Assembly: GCA_048213135.1 (NCBI GenBank)
Contig: PS015149.1
Location: 44,011-83,099 of the forward strand
Length of the DNA: 39,089 nucleotides
Direction of reading: 5' to 3'
From: Reclinomonas americana ATCC 50394
Lineage: Eukaryota
Part shown: one piece after another, positions 1 through 29,889 of the stretch
How the letters are laid out: each line of letters opens with the position of its first letter
Position numbering within the stretch: position 1 is the first letter of the stretch
The notes under the pieces: generated by a model
Databases searched by the model: none
Told to the model about the DNA's origin: nothing
What the model saw: only the letters and a program-made list of their open reading frames with translations
Position numbers and translations under genes: made by a program

Positions 1-46
1 CCCTCCTTTCCCTCCTTCCCCCTCACCCACTTCCCCTTCCCCGCAG

Positions 47-12547
<12,501 letters not shown>

Positions 12548-12637
12548 TAATCAACTCTAATGTAACAAATGTCTTGTTGTTTACGAGGCCGGTCGTCGTC
12601 TGCGTCTTTCTCCTCCCCCCGTCGAGTTGCGTGCTGC

Positions 12638-13170
12638 CTACTGAGCCACCTGGTCGTGGTACTCTACCTCTTCTTCGTCCTCCATGCCCGCCACCTGCAC
12701 GCCGATATCGTCTCCGTCGTCATCGACAGCATCACCACCATCGTGCTGCATGCGAGCGTGCGTCTGCGGCACCAGATCCTCGGACATGGCACGCAATTGC
12801 TGGCGCAGCGACTGGCGGGGAGGGAGTGAATGTCACCGGAAGACGCACGGCATTCGCATGTGGTCGGTCACCCACCATTCGCCACGTGCGCAGATCTCGT
12901 GTCTTGGCACGCCACTGATTGGCCTCCTCCAGACTCTGTCGCACCTGTTCCACATGCTCCTGATGCACCGCCTCTGCGCTCTCACACAGACGCTCCAGCA
13001 GCGCCTGCATCAGTTGCTCAACATCTATCGCCTGTGTGTGTAAGTACATGTACAGTCTGCGCACAAAAAGAGTTCCGTGTTGCGCGTTACCGTGTCCTGC
13101 CACTGCCAGATTGTCGGCCAGATGCTGCAGCTGCTGCTCGATAGCAGCGGCATTGTCACCGGCCTGTGCG
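12638..13170 (-). CDS. Hypothetical coiled-coil protein with acidic C-terminus (5' structure uncertain)
   Basis: Minus-strand peptide AIDVEQLMQALLERLCESAEAVHQEHVEQVRQSLEEANQWRAKTRDLRTWRM is spliced (gtgggt...ccag, approx. 12812-12865) to SLRQQLRAMSEDL...EDEEEVEYHDQVAQ, stop TAG at 12638-12640. Upstream exon phases could not be resolved. Confidence 0.45.
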
Positions 13171-13410
13171 TCGCGCACAGTGAGCCCAATTGAAGTGCGA
13201 CCGGTTTCTGACCAATCGATCGATATTGACCGACATCGGAGGTTGTTTACCTGTTGCTGCTGCTGTTGTGCGTGTTCTGTGGGGTATGTGTGTGTGCCAG
13301 AGGAGGAGGCGCCAGTGGTGCGCGGGCGAGGAGTGGCCTTGTGAGCGACTGGAGCAGCTCGTGAGCGACTTGTGCGCGCGTGACCAGCGGATGCTGAGGG
13401 GTGGTGGACA

Positions 13411-14073
13411 GGGAGCGGAGGGCGCATGTTGGTGGAAGAGGAGGAGGAGGAGGAGGAGGAGCGAGAGCCTTTTCGTTGCATGAGGAGGTGAAAGTGTGGC
13501 GGTGGATCGATCGCGATGGATTCGTGGAATTCACTGTAGACAAAAGTGCGTTTCCGGATCTCATGCATATGGCAGCTGAGGGCCATTCACGTGGGAGAGT
13601 TGCGTGCGTGCGTGTCTGTTGAGAGAGAGAGAGAGGGGGGTTATGCATGCATGTTTCTCACCGTGGAGCAGGAGCTTGCTTCGCGACTGGCTGCACTCAT
13701 GTCGCCCCTGGACAGAAAGCTTGCCAAGGCCATCATCGAGCAGCGGATGCAGACTGTTGTGGCGCGGTGTCCGGTGGACAATGGGTCGCTCAGTGTGGGC
13801 GATGCGGCTCGCCTCGCGCACGATCGCGTCGATGAGAGTGGAGAGTTTGCATTTCCGCGAGGGACTGTGGTGACCGTCACGGATCATTGTCATCTCATCT
13901 CCAAGTCGCGCGTGTCTCTAAGTGGGTGCGAGGAGGTTGGTGGTCTGACTGCGATGTTTGCAAGCAGGTGCTCGTTGACAGTGAAACCGGCTGGATCCGA
14001 CGCCACGATCGCCTGCTACACGTCCTGCGACGAGCATCAGCTCTTGCCTGCAAGCGCAGACGACAAGGCTTAG
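13411..14073 (+). CDS. Hypothetical protein (start not resolved)
   Basis: ORF 13401 frame (...VWRWIDRDGFVEFTVDKSAFPDLMHMAAEGHSRGR) joins ORF 13546 frame (ELASRLAALMSPLDRKLAKAIIEQ...) via a phase-0 intron 13599-13671 (gttgcgt...cag). Probable second intron 13905-13967; stop TAG at 14071-14073. Confidence 0.45.
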
Positions 14074-14873
14074 GATATCGATCCGAGTTTTGAACATGCA
14101 TTGAAAGTTGGCCGTTGCGTTGCGAATGTTGGTCGTTGAGATGCACTCCGAGCAAGGCACCACTCTCTTGTCTGTGTGCGTACCGAGCCCACCCTCGCTT
14201 GCGGGCCACAGGTGGCCCTCGTGCGCTCGGTATTTCCACCATGATGTTGAGGTGCAAATTGATGTGAAATCTGAACCAGCAGGGCCGTATGTTCTCGCCG
14301 GCCCGCGGACGGACCTCGCAGGCACCTCTCATCATCCCCACACATCACCACCGTACTCAATACACAAAGCTCGTCATCACAACCGCCTCGCTGCGACGGC
14401 ACCTGCTTTTCTCGTGTCCGATTTCTCCAATAGAATCATCAACAGCGCTCACTCCCTCCACTTTCTCCCCTCGCTTCGTCACGCATCACGCAATGCACAT
14501 ACCACCTGGTACACTCTATATTGCCAACACCGCCAGCGGTTTGAAAACACCTCTTCCGCACCGCGACTTTCTTACGCGTGTCCGGATCCGGTTTCAAGCG
14601 ACTCGCACACAAAAACTGCCACCGGCCGCGCCAGGCCCTCTCGCTCTCTCACACCGGTCCGGCCCTCTCCTTTCACACACTGCATGTCCCGCCAAGGCAC
14701 GCCCAGCTGCAGTCAAAAGGCAAAGCACGCAGCAAAGTCAGCGTAAGTTGATGACAACTTGCAACCGAAGTTGAGAGAGCCGCGGCAGACCGAACAAGTG
14801 GAGCCGCGCGTGAAGGCAAAATCAAATCTCACCACAGCACCGCGGAGAGCAGACACATCGCCGTCATCAAAAC

Positions 14874-14919
14874 ATGGGCTCTTGCGCATCACTGACACAC
14901 CGCCAACTCTTCCATCATC

Positions 14920-14950
<31 letters not shown>

Positions 14951-15665
14951 GCCGTGCATGCTGCAGTCATCATCATCATCGACACAGTCGACATCGCCCA
15001 TGGAACCGGCCACCAAGAGCGAGCAAGAGTGCGTGCTGGAGGCGCGCGTGGCACAACTCGAGTCCCGCGTCGAGGAGCTCACACGCACACTCGCCACCGC
15101 CGCCACACTGCTCACCGCCAGGGTCGCCACCGTCAACTGCGTGAACAAGCAGTCGTCGACTGCTGGTGGCAAGCGACGAAACAGCTCCTCATCGTCATCA
15201 ACAGCGACAAGGAAAGGCGCGCGGCGACACACCAAGCAAGCGCCTCCGCCTCCACCGCCGCCGCCGCCTCCACCACAAGAGGACATGTCACTGGCGGACT
15301 TCTTGCGTCCTCTGGTGGATCGCGGGCTGCTCGGGCCGGCGAGCAGCGGGGCGCCGCTGGTGCTGGCCGGCTTCAACGATCGTGCGGTGCACGAGGGCGA
15401 GAAGGACATGACGTTTGCGCCGGTATTTGTGCGGCCGGAGCCGCGACGGCGAACCTCCAACGTCGGCTTTTGTGGTGGCGCGAGCAGCAGTGCGGCCACG
15501 ACGAGGTCGCCGAGTGAGATGTATGATGTGGAGGAGGATCGGGAGAGTGCGTGCTCGTGGGACGAGGAGCTCATTGGGCTCGACGATGAGATTGTGTGGT
15601 CGACGGAGGAGGAGGCGAAGTTGACGCAGGCGGCGGCGGCGGTTGCCGAGACGCGCCTTGTATGA
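14874..15665 (+). CDS. Hypothetical single-exon protein with polyQ, short coiled coil, poly-Pro and acidic C-terminus
   Basis: 263-aa ATG-initiated ORF with protein-like composition (VLEARVAQLESRVEELTRTL coiled coil) followed by an AT-richer 3' region. The start could be a downstream ATG. Confidence 0.55.
14919..14950. repeat. (CAA)n trinucleotide repeat (polyQ)
   Basis: caacaacaa... run within ORF 14874. Confidence 0.9.
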
Positions 15666-16042
15666 CCCCCCCTCCCTCGTTTCCATCCCACTTGCCTCAT
15701 GCTTTTGTGTTTTTATCGCCTGTTGGATGCAAGACCGTCGTCCATCGTTTTTGTGTGTATGTGTATTCATCTGTGTACAAACCAACATGAGAATACCCCT
15801 AATACCTAACTAATGAATCTGTTAACGGAGCTGGCTTGGATGTTTTTCTCTCATTTCATCATTCGTTTACTTGGGAGGGGGGCGTGGCGGAGAGGCACTC
15901 GGACTGCCCCACTGCAAAAACATCCGAGGCGACAACACACACACACACGCCTTCCTCTTTCTCTCTCGCATTTCTCTCTCCTATTCTCTCGCATATACAC
16001 AAAACAGACATGAACAAGCAAGTGGTGGTGGTGACTGACTCC

Positions 16043-21316
<5,274 letters not shown>

Positions 21317-21488
21317 TCTTCTCCTTCTTCACACACACACACACACTCACACACTCTAACACACACTCACTCTAACACTCTCTGCTGTGTACGCTTTCTT
21401 CTCACTCACGCAGAGCTTCTTTGGGGGAGGTGCAACGGTCTTCCCGCCACTACCTGATTTCGCGAGCACAAGTGGATTTTGAGTTCAC

Positions 21489-24400
21489 TTACTCGACTTC
21501 CCCTTCTTCTTCTCCTCCGCCCGCTTGCAGTATCTGCGGCAAAGGAGGTGCTGTGGGCTCCCACAAGCGATGGTGTCGCGCTGCGCGGGCGCGTTCACGA
21601 GCGGACAGGCATGTGTCGGTGGTGCCTGGGCGGCGAACGAGGTTGTCGACAGCGGTTGTGCCGGCGCCGGTTGACCCGAGCTCGCTCAGTCGCAAGTGGA
21701 AACGTGCTGCTCGACGCTCGCGTGGCGTGTCTGTCGAGGGCGCTGGGGGCGATGGTGTTCGTGACCGTGGAGGTGAGTTTTCCTTCGAGCCTCCGGCAGA
21801 TCGCGTGACACGAGGTGGTGCGTGGTGTGCTGCTGCTCCGTCGTCGGAAGCGTCCTTGTTGGCGGCAGCGGCTGCTCGGCGACGCGCGACTGCACCCGCT
21901 CCACCCTCGTGGCACGTGTGCGGTCGCAGGTGCAGGACGGCTTGCCGTGACACATCGACGCAGTAGTCGTCGGTGGCCTCCTGCTGGCTGTCCCTCATGT
22001 CATCGTCCTGCAGTTCGCGCTCCTCCCCCTCGTCGTCGCCTTCGAGGTGTGAATACTGCTGGTGCTGATGCTGCTGGTGCTGTTGCTGCTGGTGCTGCTG
22101 GAGCGATCGCGTGCTCGAGAGCGATCTGACTTGCGCCGACAACGACAATGGTCGCAACCGCGGCGCACCACCATCGGCGCTAGGCAGCCGCCGACGCACA
22201 GGAATCTCGCGCGCCTCGAACAACACCGTGTGGCACAACACATTCAGCCTGCATTTCCAAGAGTGAGTGAGCGACCTCATAACATTCTCACACCATTGTG
22301 GGAACAATGAACGCAACGGGCGAATGGCCTCAAAGTACATGTCGTAGGAGCGGCCATTGGCTGCCGGGTACAAGCGTTCGTAGCCTCCGCGCCTCCAGCT
22401 CTCCAGAATGGTGTCGCGCAGCACGGCACGCTCCTCGGCGGCCAGCTGCATTAAATCCACACCTCTCGCCTGCAGCAGGCGATTGATTTCCGCCATCTTG
22501 CGGGCCATGTACGACGACACGGGTACTGCACGATTGCCGGCCCCACTGTGCAGCGTGCCCTCTTTCATTCGCCTCCAGTCGAACGGTCTGATACCGGCGA
22601 GGGACAGCGTGTCTGCATGCGCAAAGAGAGAGAGAGAGAGTGTGTGTGTAAGCGCAGTTGTCTTGCCTCTCTGCCAGCTGTCACGACTCACCGGCCACCA
22701 GTGCCGACTTGATCTTCTGATCGAGCGGAGTGTCGCACGACAGGCTGGGACTGAGGTTGACCTCGATGAGCCACGGCTGCAGTGTTTCGTCGACCAGAAT
22801 ATCAAAGCCGAACAACTCGAAACAGTTGTTCGCATCCCTCGACGACTTGCTCTGGCCCATCTCCTGCGCCACCGAAACCGACGACTCGATCGAGATGAGC
22901 GTCTTCAGCACAATGTCCTTGATGCCGCTCATCAGCTTCTCGTCGTCGATTGAGGCTCGTCGCAGATGCCGACGCAGAGCCGACAGACTCCACTTGTGGC
23001 CCTCGTCGTCGATGCTGCCGTCCATGTTGTGCTGGTAATGCACACTGTTCTTGTTCACACTGCACGTGTGCGGGAGATGATTGCGAAGTGAGCTGCATGC
23101 ATGCAAGTGCAAATAGAGAGTGCAGTTGTCGAGGAACCTGTAGTTGGTCAGGTGCATCAGCAGGCGGTGCGAGGTGGTGGCTTCGGGTGAGTACTTTTCC
23201 GTGGCCAGTCGCGCCAGGCCGTCGCTGTACATGTACACGCGCAGCGGATGAAACGAGGTGACACACACATAAATCCGAATATCGAATCTGGTGCGCCACA
23301 CGGTGAGCTGCGCTGGTCTCCAATGGGGTGACTCCTGATCACGCAACTTGTAGCCATCGATCAGCAGCGGGTTGTGAATGTAGCGCGACACGACATGTGG
23401 CTCATCGTGTGGTGCTTGCGAGGCGGCTGTGATGAGTGAAATGCCACGTCCTCGTGACAGTGCAGCCGGCTTGACGATCCACAAGCCACGGCCGTGTGCT
23501 CGGCAGGCGGCAGTGAACGTGGCGAACTCGGTCGGCAGCACATACGTCTCGGGCAGGAAGCTAAAGTGCTGTAAAGCGTGCAAACGGTGAGCGGCGGGTC
23601 GGCGTCGGTGATGATGTTGGTGTGCTCCACGTAACTCGGCTGCCGTGAATCTCCTGCATGCGACGAATGTTCTCCACGAGCTTGTCCTTGCGCGTGATTT
23701 CTTGCGAGCGCGGAAAGTGGTTCACACGCTGGTGCTTGTTGAGACCCAGCAGCATGTGTGGTGTCACGGGTGAGGTGGTCCACAGCACGTTCCAGTTTTC
23801 CGTGTCGGTCTCCCGGAAGCCGTGCTCCTCCAGCGTGGAGCGCACCAGCCTGCAATCGGAGCGCACAAACTTGAACGCCAGCCGATGCCTTGTGATGAGG
23901 AAACGCTGGCGACTGGTGACATAGCCAGGCGACGGTACCGCGGCCGCTGCTTGCCTCCGTGGCGTCGGCTCGGTGGTGGTATCGGAAGCAGCAGCAGTAG
24001 CAGCATCAGAAGCAGCAGCAGCAGCAGCATCAGCAGTGTCGCTGACTGGTGGCGCACTGCTCGACATTGGGGTGCACGCTGCCGACGATGGCGTGTCGGC
24101 CTCCTCGTCCTGCAATCGACAGAGAGAGCGAGCGAGTGAGGACGACAGGCGAGCGCACGAAGGCAAGCACGTGGATGACCGACGCACCGCGTGAGTCGCT
24201 GCGGCGGCGTCTGATTCGACGGGGAGCACGCGACTGAACACGAGTGGTGGTCCGACCAGATCGTCGGCCCACTGGCGCCACTCGTCGGATGTCGGCGGCT
24301 CGGTGTGACCGCTGATGGCGGCGTTCAGTGATCCCTGTTGTTGTTGTACGTGTCGCTCATCAGTTCTTCTCTGTCTCTCGCACTCACTCACGATCGATCA

Positions 24401-24910
24401 CGCACTCACCTCCGTCGTTCCCACTGTCGGCGGTCGAGACGATGGCGTCATTTTCTTCGACACCGCGTCCACATCCACCGTCGCCGTGTACATGGGCGAC
24501 ACCGTGAGTGCCGACTGCAACAACTCGGTCGGTGCTGCACCAGTCGATGCGACCACCGCCATCGGTGGGACGACCGTTCGCAGCAACGATCGCCCATCAC
24601 CCCGGCTCAACTCGACCACTGCACCTCCGCTGCCGCTGCGATAGTGCCCCGACGGTTGCGGCAGCCCACGCGCTCTGGTCGGCGACCCACCCGCACTCAC
24701 AGTCGCCACGGGTCTGCGTGCACTTGTCCGCCGAACCATGTCATGCGTGAAGAGCTGCGACGCGAACGCTCTCACCGACACCATCGCTCGCTGCGGTGCA
24801 CGTGCTGTCACGTGCTTGTGTGCACCAGCACTCCCTGCGTTGCTCATCAACGCCGGCAGTGTCTGTGCGCGTACAAACATCGCACTACCGCCGGCACTCG
24901 ACTCGTCCAT
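21489..24910 (-). CDS. TTLL5: Tubulin polyglutamylase, TTLL5-like
   Basis: TTL-family motifs QRVNHFPRSQEITRKDKL, WIVKPAALSRGRGI, YIHNPLLIDGYKFDIRIYV, MHLTNYSVNK, CFELFGFDILVD...PWLIEVNLSPSLSCDTPLD. The N-terminal FKFVRSDCRLVRSTLEEHGF is TTLL5-like. Introns 24335-24409, 24110-24187, 23569-23635, 23288-23347, 23060-23137, 22613-22691, 22249-22317. ATG at 24910; the extreme 3' end may include one more small exon. Confidence 0.88.
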
Positions 24911-25329
24911 TCTCTGGAAAACCGTTATCAATCGAGAAACTGATTTCAATCAATGCAATTACTATTGTCTACGATGACGTGAGTCACACACACACAGATC
25001 GAGGGGGGGGGGGGGGGGTGTAGGTCGAAGTATTAGTACTTTTCATAGAAGTGCTAGTCTTTTTAGATAGAGTGGGGCGGCGCGCGCGCGCGTGGAACTC
25101 GACCTTATAATCATTTATAATTATATAATACGGCTTCGACCATGTCAAGTGTCGCGAAGGCTGCGCTGGTGGCAGACGCATGCGGACGAGCGTTGGGGTC
25201 GCTTGGGCAGCAGGGGCCGAAAAGTTATAATGCCAGGCCAAAAGAAAAAATGCCGGTCCCAAAAGAAATAATACTTTGTCCTCCACCCCCCTGATCAGAA
25301 GCGCGGCCACAAAGAGAGACCAAAGAGAG
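24911..25329. promoter_or_regulatory. Putative bidirectional promoter between divergent TTLL5 and SMU1
   Basis: About 420 bp between head-to-head ATGs, with AT-rich TATA-like tracts (ttataatcatttataattatataata ~25085-25130), a G16 run and (CG)n. Confidence 0.5.
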
Positions 25330-26671
25330 ATGGAACTTGAGGTCGAGTCGCAAGAGTTGCGATTGCAGTCTCATGTGTGTGTGAGTGCCAGTGAGTGCGA
25401 GTGTGTGACATGTCCTTGTCTCTCCCTTGTGTGCAGCGTCATCCGCCTCATTCTGCAGTTCTGCAAGGAGAACAACCTTGCACGCACACTGGCCACTCTC
25501 CAGGTAACACACACTCACACGAGAAGAGAAAAAGAGAGAGAAAGAGGCGCCTTAGGTGACGGATAAGGCGACAACTAACCCTTGCACACACACACACACA
25601 CTCACTCACACTGCACACACACTCACACTCACTTCTTCTNNNNNNNNNNNNNNNNNNNNNNNNNNNNNNNNNNNNNNNNNNNNNNNNNNNNNNNNNNNNN
25701 NNNNNNNNNNNNNNNNNNNNNNNNNNNNNNNNNNNNNNNNNNNNNNNNNNNNNNNNNNNNNNNNNNNNNNNNNNNNNNNNNNNNNNNNNNNNNNNNNNNN
25801 NNNNNNNNNNNTCTCCCTCTCTCCCCTCTCTCAGGAGGAGAGTCAAGTCGCCCTCAACACCGTCGACTCTGCCGAATCATTCATGGCCGACATCACCAAC
25901 GGGCGATGGGACGCTGTGCTCTCGCAGGTGGCCAACATGCGCGTGCACTACAGCAAGCTGATCAATCTGTACGAGCAAATCGTGCTGGAGCTGGCCGAGG
26001 TGCGCGAAGTCGAGCTGGCGCGCCACTTGCTGCGCACGGTGCCGTGCATGGCCGACACGCTGAAACGCTCGGAGCCGGATCGGTACCTGCGACTGGAGCA
26101 CTTGCTGCAGCGACCGGTGTTTGAGCACCGCGAGGCGTACCCCGACGGGTCGACCAAGGAGCAGCGGCGTATTCGGATTGCGAATGAAATGGCGGCGAGT
26201 GTGTCGGTGGTGCCGCCGTCGCGGCTGCTGGCGCTCCTCGGGCAGGCGCTCAAGTGGCAGCAGTCGCAGGGCTTGTTGCCGCCGAATGCGCGCTTTGATG
26301 TGTTCCGTGGACAGGTGGCCGCCGAGGTCGATGAGGAGGAGGCGTTCCCGACGGTGCTGGAGCACACGATTCGAGTTGCGCTCTTCCTGGTCTTCGCACG
26401 GTGGCGAAAGCTGACTTGGGTGGAATGTGTGCAGTTTGGCGAGGACTCGCATGCCGAGTGCGCGGCGTTCTCTCCGGATGGCGCGTACCTGGCCACGGGC
26501 TCGGTCGACGGTTTCGTGGAGGTGTGGGACTACGAGACGGGTCGCATCAAGAGCGATTTGCGGTACCAGGCCGACGATCAGTACATGATGCACCAGAAGC
26601 CGGTGTTGGCGCTCGACTTTTCCAAGGACTCCGAGTTGCTGGCGTCGGGTTCGCAGGATGGGCAAGTCAAG
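25330..26671 (+). CDS. SMU1: WD40 splicing factor SMU1, 5' half (LisH/CTLH plus first WD repeats)
   Basis: [43 protein letters not shown]..., VVPPSRLLALLGQALKWQ, IRFGEDSHAECAAFSPDG..., LASGSQDGQVK match SMU1. Introns 25356-25436, 25504-25834, 26375-26434; donor at 26672 runs into a gap. Confidence 0.95.
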
Positions 26672-27653
26672 GTGAGCAGAGTGGAAGGCAGCGAGAGCAG
26701 GGGAGNNNNNNNNNNNNNNNNNNNNNNNNNNNNNNNNNNNNNNNNNNNNNNNNNNNNNNNNNNNNNNNNNNNNNNNNNNNNNNNNNNNNNNNNNNNNNNN
26801 NNNNNNNNNNNNNNNNNNNNNNNNNNNNNNNNNNNNNNNNNNNNNNNNNNNNNNNNNNNNNNNNNNNNNNNNNNNNNNNNNNNNNNNNNNNNNNNNNNNN
26901 NNNNNNNNNNNNNNNNNNNNNNNNNNNNNNNNNNNNNNNNNNNNNNNNNNNNNNNNNNNNNNNNNNNNNNNNNNNNNNNNNNNNNNNNNNNNNNNNNNNN
27001 NNNNNNNNNNNNNNNNNNNNNNNNNNNNNNNNNNNNNNNNNNNNNNNNNNNNNNNNNNNNNNNNNNNNNNNNNNNNNNNNNNNNNNNNNNNNNNNNNNNN
27101 NNNNNNNNNNNNNNNNNNNNNNNNNNNNNNNNNNNNNNNNNNNNNNNNNNNNNNNNNNNNNNNNNNNNNNNNNNNNNNNNNNNNNNNNNNNNNNNNNNNN
27201 NNNNNNNNNNNNNNNNNNNNNNNNNNNNNNNNNNNNNNNNNNNNNNNNNNNNNNNNNNNNNNNNNNNNNNNNNNNNNNNNNNNNNNNNNNNNNNNNNNNN
27301 NNNNNNNNNNNNNNNNNNNNNNNNNNNNNNNNNNNNNNNNNNNNNNNNNNNNNNNNNNNNNNNNNNNNNNNNNNNNNNNNNNNNNNNNNNNNNNNNNNNN
27401 NNNNNNNNNNNNNNNNNNNNNNNNNNNNNNNNNNNNNNNNNNNNNNNNNNNNNNNNNNNNNNNNNNNNNNNGCTTCCAGTCACCGACCGGCCTTGCAGCA
27501 TATCCCGAAACGACTTCATCGACTCCCCCCTCTCTCTCACTCCCACGTGCAAACAATGTAAATTCAAGCTACCGTACACCCACGAAACGAGTCTACATAA
27601 TAACTTGCTTGGTGGCGTTTTTTACCGCTTAACGAGAGACACAGCAGGGGTGC

Positions 27654-28465
27654 TTAGACCACTGATTGTGCCTTCCAGATCTTCAGCGTACCGTCGCCAC
27701 TGACACTGGCCATCAGGTTTCGATGCGGGTGATGAACGACAGCAATCACGTCGCGGTCGTGCAACTGCATGAGAGTATGTGCGTGAGGATCAATACAGTC
27801 TGCACCACTGCGCCACAGCGGGCCTCACCTTCAGGATGTGCTCCAACTTGCCCGTGGCAGTGGCGAAGCAGTACAGGATCGAATCCTCGCCGACGCAGTA
27901 GATAAAGTCGCCGCGCGGTGACACCAAACTCTGCGTGAAATCGCCGCCCGACGAACGACCCGAGCTCATGCTCTTGACCACCTTGCCTCTCATGTTCGTC
28001 ACGTACACGGTACTTGACTTGGCGCCCACCAACTGTACGCAGCGCGCAAGTCAGACAATGCAGAGCGGAACAGAGACGTGAGCACAAAAGGCAACGCACC
28101 AACTGATCGACTTGTTTCGGCAACGGTAGCACCGAGTGCACCGAGGTCTCCAGTGAACCGGTGACGGGCGAGAAAGTGTGCACACAATCTGCCGTCCGAT
28201 AGTCCCACACTTTGCAGGTGCCGTCGCTGCTGGCCGTCACCACGTACTGCCCGTCGACACTGAACACGGCCGAGTTGACGTACGACTTGTGACCGCGGAA
28301 CTCCTTCAACACCTTGCCACTCTTCAACCCGTGCAGTCGCACCAGACCGTCGAAACTGGCCGACAGCACGTGCGTGCCGGTGCGATCGAACTTGAGCGAG
28401 GTGATGCCTTCGTCGTGTGCGTGGTCGAATCGTCGCAGACACTGGCCGGTGCGCACCTTCCACAC
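27654..28465 (-). CDS. SMU1: SMU1, 3' half (on opposite strand; contig apparently inverted between gaps)
   Basis: VWKVRTGQCLRRFDHAHDEGITSLKF...LHGLKSGKVLKEFRGHKSYVN...HPHRNLMASVSGDGTLKIWK is the exact continuation of ...QDGQVK. Acceptor at 28466, two further introns, stop TAA at 27654-27656. Confidence 0.92.
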
Positions 28466-28494
28466 CTGCGGAAAAAGGAGAGTGCATTCATCAA

Positions 28495-29015
28495 CATCCA
28501 AGGTCTGTATCATCGCCAAACACGTGCGTGTTCTACGAGATTAAGCAGAATTGCGAGGACAACGAGAATGAGAGAGGAAAGGGAGCGAGAAAACGAAGAG
28601 AAGCGAGAGGGGGAGTCCACATTCAAGGTCTGCGATACACTCGCAAATATCTCGACACACGTGCGTGCTCTTTGCTCTTCACACCACGACGAAGCAGCGT
28701 TGAGTGGAGAGAGATAAAGAGAGAGAAGAGAAGAGAAGACAAAAGAGGAGAGCACAGTCATCACGTCAAGACGACCACACTCAAGGTCTGTATCTCTGCC
28801 GAAAATGTCTCCAGACAAGTGCGTGCTCTTCGCTCTTCACACCATGACGACGCAGCGTTGAGGGGAGAGAGAGAGAGGGAGAGAAGAGAAGAGAGGAGGA
28901 GAGCACAGTCACGTCTAGACCACACTAAATATCTGTACTCTCTCGCGAGCATCTCAACACACGCGCGTGTTCTTCCCTGTCAACAACGGGATCAATCAGA
29001 GTTGAGTGGAGAGCG
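28495..29015. repeat. Degenerate ~150-bp tandem repeat (3-4 copies) within an SMU1 intron
   Basis: Recurrent caaggtctg...gtgcgtgctctt(t/c)gctcttcacacca(c/t)gacga...gcagcgttgag...gagagcacagtca at ~28623 and ~28781, with degenerate copies at ~28498 and ~28930. Confidence 0.75.
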
Positions 29016-29889
29016 AATGGGAGACCAAGAGAAGACTTTCTCGCGCATTAAGCAAGCACGACGACGAGAGGAAAAGAGACCAATACGAAGTATTCAGGCC
29101 AGATGCAACTGTCTTNNNNNNNNNNNNNNNNNNNNNNNNNNNNNNNNNNNNNNNNNNNNNNNNNNNNNNNNNNNNNNNNNNNNNNNNNNNNNNNNNNNNN
29201 NNNNNNNNNNNNNNNNNNNNNNNNNNNNNNNNNNNNNNNNNNNNNNNNNNNNNNNNNNNNNNNNNNNNNNNNNNNNNNNNNNNNNNNNNNNNNNNNNNNN
29301 NNNNNNNNNNNNNNNNNNNNNNNNNNNNNNNNNNNNNNNNNNNNNNNNNNNNNNNNNNNNNNNNNNNNNNNNNNNNNNNNNNNNNNNNNNNNNNNNNNNN
29401 NNNNNNNNNNNNNNNNNNNNNNNNNNNNNNNNNNNNNNNNNNNNNNNNNNNNNNNNNNNNNNNNNNNNNNNNNNNNNNNNNNNNNNNNNNNNNNNNNNNN
29501 NNNNNNNNNNNNNNNNNNNNNNNNNNNNNNNNNNNNNNNNNNNNNNNNNNNNNNNNNNNNNNNNNNNNNNNNNNNNNNNNNNNNNNNNNNNNNNNNNNNN
29601 NNNNNNNNNNNNNNNNNNNNNNNNNNNNNNNNNNNNNNNNNNNNNNNNNNNNNNNNNNNNNNNNNNNNNNNNNNNNNNNNNNNNNNNNNNNNNNNNNNNN
29701 NNNNNNNNNNNNNNNNNNNNNNNNNNNNNNNNNNNNNNNNNNNNNNNNNNNNNNNNNNNNNNNNNNNNNNNNNNNNNNNNNNNNNNNNNNNNNNNNNNNN
29801 NNNNNNNNAGCCCGTGAGTGTGTCTATCTCACTCTCTCTCTCTCATGTGCTTGTGTCTGCTTGTCTGACTGCCTGTGTGAAAAAAACAG

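Noticed and set aside
25330-28465. Functional link between SMU1 (splicing factor) and the unusual splice sites
   Set aside because: SMU1 looks conventional, and shifted donors occur in all genes of the window, so proximity is probably coincidental.
28495-29015. CRISPR-like repeat/spacer array
   Set aside because: The units are long and degenerate, lie within a eukaryotic intron, and there are no cas genes.
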